Source: the human T2T-CHM13v2.0 reference genome, Homo sapiens. From it: a DNA stretch of 64,000 nt. Location: NCBI RefSeq assembly GCF_009914755.1, contig NC_060948.1. One strand, given 5' to 3'. Made by a program: the position numbers and the translations under genes. The notes beneath the pieces were generated by a model. That model was not told the DNA's origin. It saw only the letters and a list, made by a program, of their open reading frames with translations, and ran no database searches. This document shows positions 56,201-64,000 of this stretch, one piece after another (the first letter of the stretch is position 1; every line of letters begins with the position of its first letter).

Positions 56201-59200
56201 ATTGGAATGGAAGGGAATGTAGTGTAATGGACAGGCCTGGAATAAAGTGGAATGCTACGGTCTCGAATGGAATAAAAATGTATGGAATGGAATGCAATGA
56301 AACGGAATCGAATGTCATAGAATGTAATGGAATGCAAAAAAATGGAATCCAAAATCATTGACTGGAAAGGCTGGGTGTCGAAAGGAATTGACTCCAATGG
56401 AATGGAATCGAATGGAATGGAAGTGAATAGAATCGAACTAAATCGAATGGAATGGAATTGATAGGAACGGAATGGAAAGGAATGCAATGATTTGGCATGG
56501 AATGGAATCGAATGGCATCGAATGGAATGGAATGGAATGCAATGGAATGGAATGTATTAGAATGTAATGAACTTTAATGGAATGTACTCGAATGGATTCG
56601 ACTGGAATGGAATGTTGTGGAAGTGAATGGACTCCAATGGAATGGATTCAAAAGGAATGGAATCGTACGGAATGGAATCTAATGGAATGGAATTAAATGG
56701 AAATGAATCAAATTGAATAGCACGGAATTGAATTGAATGGAATGGAATGCAATGGAATCTAATGAAACGGAAAGGAAAGGAATGGAATGGAATGGAATGG
56801 GCTGGAATGGAAAGGAATCGAAACGAATGGAATGGAATCGAACTGAAGAGACTGGAATGGAATGCACTGGAATGGAAGGGAGTGTAATGGAAGGTTCTCG
56901 AAAAAAATGGAATCGAATGGAATGGAATTGAATGGAACGGAATAGAGTCGAATGGAATTGAATGGAATGGAATGGACTAGAGTGAAATGGAATCGAACCA
57001 CAAGGAATGGACAGGAATAGAATGGTCTCGAATTGAATGGAATCGTATGGAATGGCATCAAACGGAATGGAATGGACAGCCACGGAATGGAATGCACTCG
57101 AATGCAATGGAGTCGAAACTAATGGACTGGAATAGAATGGACTCGACTGGTACGGACTCCAATGGAATGGAATCGAATGGAAGGGAATCGAACGGAATGG
57201 ACTCGAAGGGAAAAGACTGCAATGGAAAGGTCTCGAATGGAATGGAAATTAATGGAATGGAATGGAATCGAATGAAATGGAGTCAAAAGGAATGGAATCG
57301 AATGGCAAGAAATCGAATGTAATGGAATCGCAAGGAATTGATGTGAACGGAACGGAATGGAATGGAATCCAAAGGAATGGAATAGAATGGAATGGAATCG
57401 AATGGAAAGGACTCGAATGGAAATCACTCGAATAGAATGCAATTTAATAAAATAGGATCAAATGTAATGGAATGGAATGGAAAGGAATCGAAACGAAAGG
57501 AATGGAGACAGATGGAATGGAATGGAAGAGAGAGCAATGGTATAGAATGGAATGGAATCATCTGGAATGGAATTGAATGGAATGGAATAATATGAAATGG
57601 AATGGAATGGAATGGAATGGAATGCCCTTGAATTAAATGGACTGGAATGGAATGGACTCGAACAGAGTGGAATGGAAAGTGTTGAGATAGAATGGAATGG
57701 ACTCCGTTGGAATGGTGTAGTATGCAATGCAATCGACTGGCAGGGAATCAAAAGGAATGTAATGGAATGGACTGGACTGGAATGCAATGGACTCGAATAG
57801 ATTGGAAACGGAATGCAAAGGAATGGAATGGAATAGTATGGAATGGAATGGAAAGGAATGGAGTGGAATAGACTAGAGTGGAATGGAATGGACTGGAAAG
57901 CAATGGACTGGAATGGATCTTTCTTGAATGGACTGGAATCAAACGGAATGGAATGCAATGCAATCAAATGGCATGGAATAAAATAGAATGAAAGAGAATC
58001 AAATGGAATTGAATCGAATGGAATCGAATGGATTGGAAAGGAATAGAATGGAATGGAATGGAATTGACTCAAATGGAATGGACTAGAATGGAATGGATTC
58101 GAATGGAAGGCAAAGGAATGGAATCTATTGGAATGGACTGTAATGGAATGGAATGGAAGGGATTGGAATGGACTCGAATGGAATGGACTGCAATAGAAAG
58201 GATTCGAATGGAATGAAAAAGAATTGAATGGAATAGAACAGAATGGAATCAAATCGAATGAAATGGAATGGAATAGAAAGGAATGGAATGAAATGGAATG
58301 GAAAGGATTCGAATGGAATGCAATCGAATGGAATGGAATCGAACGGAATGGAATAAAATGGAAGAAAACTGGCAAGAAATGGAATCGAAATGAATGGAGT
58401 GTTATGGAACGGACTCAAAAGGAATTGAATGTAATAGAATGGAGTGGAGTGGACTCGAATATAATGGACTGGAATGGAATGAAATCACATGGAATGGGAA
58501 CGAATGGAATGGAATGGAAAGGAATGGAATCGAATGGAAAGGAATCGAATGGAAGGGAATGAAATTGAATCAACAGGAATGGAAGGGAATAGAATAGACG
58601 GTAATGGAATGGACTCGAATAGAATGGACACGAATGCTCAAATTGAATGGACTCGAATGGAATGGAAACGAAAGGAATGTCATCGAATGGAATTGAATCG
58701 ATTGGAATGAAATCGCATAGAATGGAGTGGAATCAAATGGAATTGAATCGAAAGGAAAGGAAGCGAATGGACTGAAATGAAATGGAATGGAATTGAATGG
58801 AAAGTAATGCAATGGAATAGAATGGAACGAAATTTCACGGAATGGAATCAAACTGAATGGAATCAAATCAATGGAATCCAATCAAATGGAATGGAGTAGA
58901 TTGGATTGGATGGGATTGGAATGAAATGTACTGGAAAGGACTCGAATTTCATGAAACGGAATGGAATGAATTGGAACGGAATGGACTCGAATGGAATGGA
59001 ATGTCATAGAATGGTATCAAATGGAATGGCATCAAATGGAATGGAATCGAATGCAATGGAATGCTATGGAATGGAATGGAATGCATTGGAATGGAATGTC
59101 CTCTAATGGAATGGATTCGAGTGGAATGGAATCGAATATAATGGAGTCGAATGAAATGGAATTGAAAGGAATGGGATGGAATACAATGGAATATACTGGA

Positions 59201-59500
59201 ATGTAATGTAATGAACTCGAATGTAATTGACTGGAATGGAATGTACATGAGTGGAATGTAATCGAATGGAAAGTAATACAATGGAATAGAATCTAATGCA
59301 ATAAAATCGACTCAGATAGAGTAGAATGTAATGGAATGGAGTGCAGTGCAATGGAATGGAATGGAATGGAATGCAATGGAATGGAATGGAATGGAATGGA
59401 ATGGAATGGAATGGAATGGAATGGGATGGAATGGGATGGAATGGATAGTAATGGACTGGAGTGAAATGGACTGGAAAGGAATGGACATAAATTGAAAGGT
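47250..59500 (+). repeat. Dimeric (~7.1-kb) higher-order duplication, pattern A-B-A-B (U14-U15-U16-U17)
   Basis: U14 and U16 share GGATTCGAATGGATTGTAAAGG and GAACACGAATGTAATTGAC. U15 and U17 share GGATCTTTCTTG, a 15-bp deletion (~51795, ~58893), GTCATAGAATGGTATC and CATGAGTGG. Offsets 7098-7108 bp. Confidence 0.85.
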
Positions 59501-62500
59501 CTCGAAAGGAATGGAGTCAAATGGAATGGTCTGGAATGGAATGAACACGAATGTAATGCAATCCAATAGAATGGAATCGAATGGCATGGAATATAAAGAA
59601 ATGGAATCGAAGAGAATGGAAACAAATGGAATGGAATTGAATGGAATGGAGTTGAATGGAATGTGAAAGAATGGAGTGAAATTGTATGCAGTAGAAGAGA
59701 ATAGAATGGAATGCAAGCGAAAGGAAAGGAATGGATTGGAATGGAATGGAATTCATTGGAATGGAAGGGAATGTAGTGTAATGGACAGGCCTGGAATAAA
59801 GTGGAATGCTACAGTCTCGAATGGAATAAAAATGTATGGAATGGAATGCAATGAAACGGAATCGAATGTCATAGAATGTAATGGAATGCAAAAAAATGGA
59901 ATCCAAAATCATTGAATGCAAAGGCTGGGTGTCTAAAGGAATTGACTCCAATGGAATGGAATCGAATGGAATGGAAGTGAATAGAATCGAACTAAATCGA
60001 ATGGAATGGAATTGATAGGAACGGAATGGAAAGGAATGCAATGATTTGGCATGGAATGGAATCGAATGGCATCGAATGGAATGGAATGGAATGCAATGGA
60101 ATGGAATGTATTAGAATGTAATGAACTTTAATGGAATGTACTCGAATGGATTCGACTGGAATGGAATGTTCTGGAAGTGAATGGACTCCAATGGAATGGA
60201 TTCAAAAGGAATGGAATCGTACGGAATGGAATCCAATGGAATGGAATTAAATGGAAATGAATCAAATTGAATAGCACGGAATTGAATTGAATGGAATTGA
60301 ATGCAATGGAATCTAATGAAACGGAAAGGAAAGGAATGGAATGGAATGGAATGGGCTGGAATGGAAAGGAATCGAAACGAATGGAATGGAATCGAACTGA
60401 AGAGACTGGAATGGAATGCACTGGAATGGAAGGGAGTGTAATGGAAGGTTCTCGAAAAAAATGGAATCGAATGGAATGCAAGTGAATGGAACGGAATAGA
60501 GTCGAATGCAATTGAATGGAATGGAATGGACTAGAGTGAAATGGAATCGAACCACAAGGAATGGACAGGAATAGAATGGTCTCGAATTGAATGGAATAGT
60601 ATGGAATGGCATCAAACGGAATGGAATGGACAGCCACGGAATGGAATGCACTCGAATGCAATGGAGTCGAAACTAATGGACTGGAATAGAATGGACTCGA
60701 CTGGTACGGACTCCAATGGAATGGAATCGAATGGAAGGGAATCGAACGGAAGGGAATCGAACGGAATGGACTCGAAGGGAAAAGACTGCAATGGAAAGGT
60801 CTCGAATGGAATGGAAATTAATGGAATGGAATGGAATCGAATGAAATAGAGTCAAAAGGAATGGAATCGAATGGCAAGAAATCGAATGTAATGGAATCGC
60901 AAGGAATTGATGTGAACGGAACGGAATGGAATGGAATCCAAAGGAATGGAATAGAATGGAATGGAATCGAATGGAAAGGACTCGAATGGAAATCACTCGA
61001 ATAGAATGCAATTTAATAAAATAGGATCAAATGTAATGGAATGGAATGGAAAGGAATCGAAACGAAAGGAATGGAGACAGATGGAATGGAATGGAACAGA
61101 GAGCAATGGTATAGAACGGAATGGAATCATCTGGAATGGAATTGAATGGAATGGAATAATATGAAATGGAAAGGAATGGAATGGAATGCCCTTGAATTAA
61201 ATGGACTGCAATGGAATGGACTCGAACAGAGTGGAATGGAAAGTGTTGAAATAGAATGGAATTGACTCGTTTGGAATGGTCTAGTATGCAATGCAATCGA
61301 CTGGCAGGGAATCAAAAGGAATGTAATCGAATGGATTGGACTGGAATGCAATGGACTCGAATAGATTGGAAACGGAATGCAAAGGAATGGAATGGAATAG
61401 TATGGAATGGAATGGAAAGGAATGGAGTGGAATAGACTAGAGTGGAATGGAATGGACTTGAAAGCAATGGACTGGAATGGAACTTTCTTGAATGGACCGG
61501 AACCAAACGGAATGGAATGCAATGCAATCAAATGGCATGGAATAAGATAGAATGAAAGAGAATCAAATGGAATTGAATCGAATGGAATCGAATGGATTGG
61601 AAAGGAATAGAATGGAATGGAATGGAATGGACTCAAATGGAATGGACTAGAATGGAATGGATTCGAATGGAAGGCAAAGGAATGGAATCTATTGGAATGG
61701 ACTGTAATGGAATGGAATGGAAGGGATTGGAATGGATTCGAATGGAATGGACTGCAATAGAAAGGATTCGAATGGAATGAAAAAGAATTGAATGGAATAG
61801 AACAGAATGGAATCAAATCGAATGAAATGGAATGGAATAGAAAGGAATGGAATGAAATGGAATGGAAAGGATTCGAATGGAATGCAATCGAATGGAATGG
61901 AATCGAACGGAATGGAATAAAATGGAAGAAAACTGGCAAGAAATGGAATCGAAATGAATGGAGTGTTATGGAACGGACTCAAAAGGAATTGAATGTAATA
62001 GAATGGAGTGGAGTGGACTCGAATATAATGGACTGGAATGGAATGAAATCACATGGAATGGGAACGAATGGAATGGAATGGAAAGGAATGGAATCGAATG
62101 GAAAGGAATCGAATGGAAGGGAATGAAATTGAATCAACAGGAATGGAAGGGAATAGAATAGACGGTAATGGAATGGACTCGAATAGAATGGACACGAATG
62201 CTGAAATGGAATGGACTCGAATGGAATGGAAACGAAAGGAATGTCATCGAATGGAATTGAATCGATTGGAATGAAATCGCATAGAATGGAGTGGAATCAA
62301 ATGGAATTGAATCGAAAGGAAAGGAAGCGAATGGACTGAATTGAAATGGAATGGAATTGAATGGAAAGTAATGCAATGGAATAGAATGGAACGAAATTTC
62401 ACGGAATGGAATCAAACTGAATGGAATCAAATCAATGGAATCAAATCAAATGGAATGGAAAGGAATTGAATGGAGTAGATTGGATTGGATGGGATTGGAA

Positions 62501-64000
62501 TGAAATGTACTGGAAAGGACTCGAATTTCATGAAACGGAATGGAATGAATTGGAACGGAATGGACTCGAATGGAATGGAATGTCATGGAATGGCATCAAA
62601 TGGAATGGCATCAAATGGAATGGAATCGAATGCAATGGAATGCTATGGAATGGAATGGAATGCATTGGAATGGAATGTCCTCTAATGGAATGGATTCGAG
62701 TGGAATGGAATCGAATATAATGGAGTCGAATGAAATGGAATTGAAAGGAATGGGATCGAATACAATGGAATATACTGGAATGTAATGTAATGAACTCGAA
62801 TGTAATTGACTGGAATGGAATGTACATGAATGGAATGTAATCGAATGGAAAGTAATCCAATGGAATAGAATCTAATGCAATAAAATCGACTCAGATAGAG
62901 TAGAATGTAATGGAATGGAGTGCAGTGCAATGGAATGGAATGGAATGGAATGCAATGGAATGGAATGGAATGGAATGGAATGGAATGGGATGGAATGGTA
63001 TGGAATGGACAGTAATGGACTGGAGTGAAATGGACTGGAAAGGAATGGACTCAAATTGAAAGGGCTCGAAAGGAATAGAGACAAATGGAATGGTCTGGAA
63101 TGGAATGAACACGAATGTAATGCAATCCAATAGAATGGAGTCGAATGGCATGGAATATAAAGAAATGGAATCGAAGAGAATGGAAACAAATGGAATGGAA
63201 TTGAATGGAATGGAATTGAATGGAATGCGAACGAATGGCGTGAAATTTTATGCAGTAGAAGAGAATAGAATGGAATGCAAGAGAAACGAAAGGAATGGAT
63301 TGGAATGGAATGGAATTCATTGGAATGGAAGGGAATGTAGTGTAATGGACAGGCCTGGAATAAAGTGGAATGCTACGGTCTCGAATGGAATAAAAATGTA
63401 TGGAATGGAATGCAATGAAACGGAATCGAATGTCATAGAATGTAATGGAATGCAAAAAATTGGAATCCAAAATCATTGACTGGAAAGGCTGGGTGTCGAA
63501 AGGAATTGACTCCAATGGAATGGAATCGAATGGAATGGAAGTGAATAGAATCGAACTAAATCGAATGGAATGGAATTGATAGGAACGGAATGGAAAGGAA
63601 TGCAATGATTTGGCATGGAATGGAATCGAATGGCATCGAATGGAATGGAATGGAATGCAATGGAATGGAATGTATTAGAATGAAATGAACTTTAATGGAA
63701 TGTACTCGAATGGATTCGACTGGAATGGAATGTTCTGGAAGTGAATGGACTCCAATGGAATGGATTCAAAAGGAATGGAATCGTACGGAATGGAATCTAA
63801 TGGAATGGAATTAAATGGAAATGAATCAAATTGAATAGCACGGAATTGAATTGAATGGAATGGAATGCAATGGAATCTAATGAAACGGAAAGGAAAGGAA
63901 TGGAATGGAATGGAATGGGTTGGAATGGAAAGGAATCGAAACGAATGGAATGGAATCGAACTGAAGAGACTGGAATGGAATGCACTGGAATGGAAGGGAG

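Larger units (their letters stand above)
1..64000 (+). repeat. DYZ1: Human satellite 3 (HSat3) array, DYZ1 family (Yq12 heterochromatin); ~18 tandem ~3.56-kb units of degenerate (GGAAT)n, GGAAT on + strand throughout
   Basis: Sequence is GGAAT with variants (CGAAT, GGACT, TGAAT, GCAAT, GGAAA, GTAAT) end to end. Landmarks such as GACAGGCCTGGAATAAAG, GGCTGGGTGTCG and GGACAGCCACGG recur every 3549-3574 bp. The classical DYZ1 unit is 3564 bp with single HaeIII and EcoRI sites. Y assignment is from recognition, not a database search. Confidence 0.96.

Noticed and set aside
45-63985. Hundreds of short MEWNG- and FHSIP-type ORFs on both strands
   Set aside because: Translation artefacts of the pentamer; they overlap in all frames with no coding signature.
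1-64000. CRISPR-like or prokaryotic repeat-spacer system
   Set aside because: No constant repeat with unique spacers and no cas-like ORFs; the variation is point divergence of a pentamer, copied every 3.56 kb.
1-64000. DYZ2 units, Alu/L1 insertions, inversions or hidden unique sequence
   Set aside because: Landmark spacing is continuous at 3549-3574 bp, leaving no room for an insert. No AT-rich DYZ2 or Alu sequence and no switch to ATTCC on the + strand was seen.
1-64000. Assignment to HSat2 or to autosomal HSat3 such as 9q12
   Set aside because: It lacks the HSat2 CATTCGATTC-dominated pattern, and the 3.56-kb period with single HaeIII and EcoRI sites fits DYZ1.

Overview
The whole 64-kb window is one uninterrupted, single-orientation block of human classical satellite 3 (HSat3): diverged (GGAAT)n pentamers on the + strand, organised into about 18 tandem copies of a ~3.56-kb unit. 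Unit length (3549-3574 bp, several exactly 3564 bp), one conserved HaeIII/StuI site and one conserved EcoRI site per unit, and the unit sequence identify it as the DYZ1 repeat of Yq12 heterochromatin. I see no credible protein-coding gene, RNA gene, transposon, CRISPR array, DYZ2 unit or inversion. The several hundred ORFs are artefacts of translating a pentamer repeat. I do not find a new gene system. What is worth a second look is internal to the satellite: (i) three perfect heat-shock elements (nGAAn-nTTCn-nGAAn) per unit, (ii) unit lengths quantised in 5-bp steps with four fixed register shifts, (iii) a hypervariable pure (GGAAT)n tract, (iv) diagnostic variants recording recent monomer and dimer duplications and mosaic exchange, (v) one unit lacking the HaeIII site, and (vi) more private variants in the last ~4.5 kb. 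Units are numbered U1-U18 from the motif at position 1; starts: 1, 3560, 7124, 10698, 14272, 17836, 21395, 24947, 28511, 32070, 35639, 39198, 42772, 46346, 49905, 53454, 57003, 60557.
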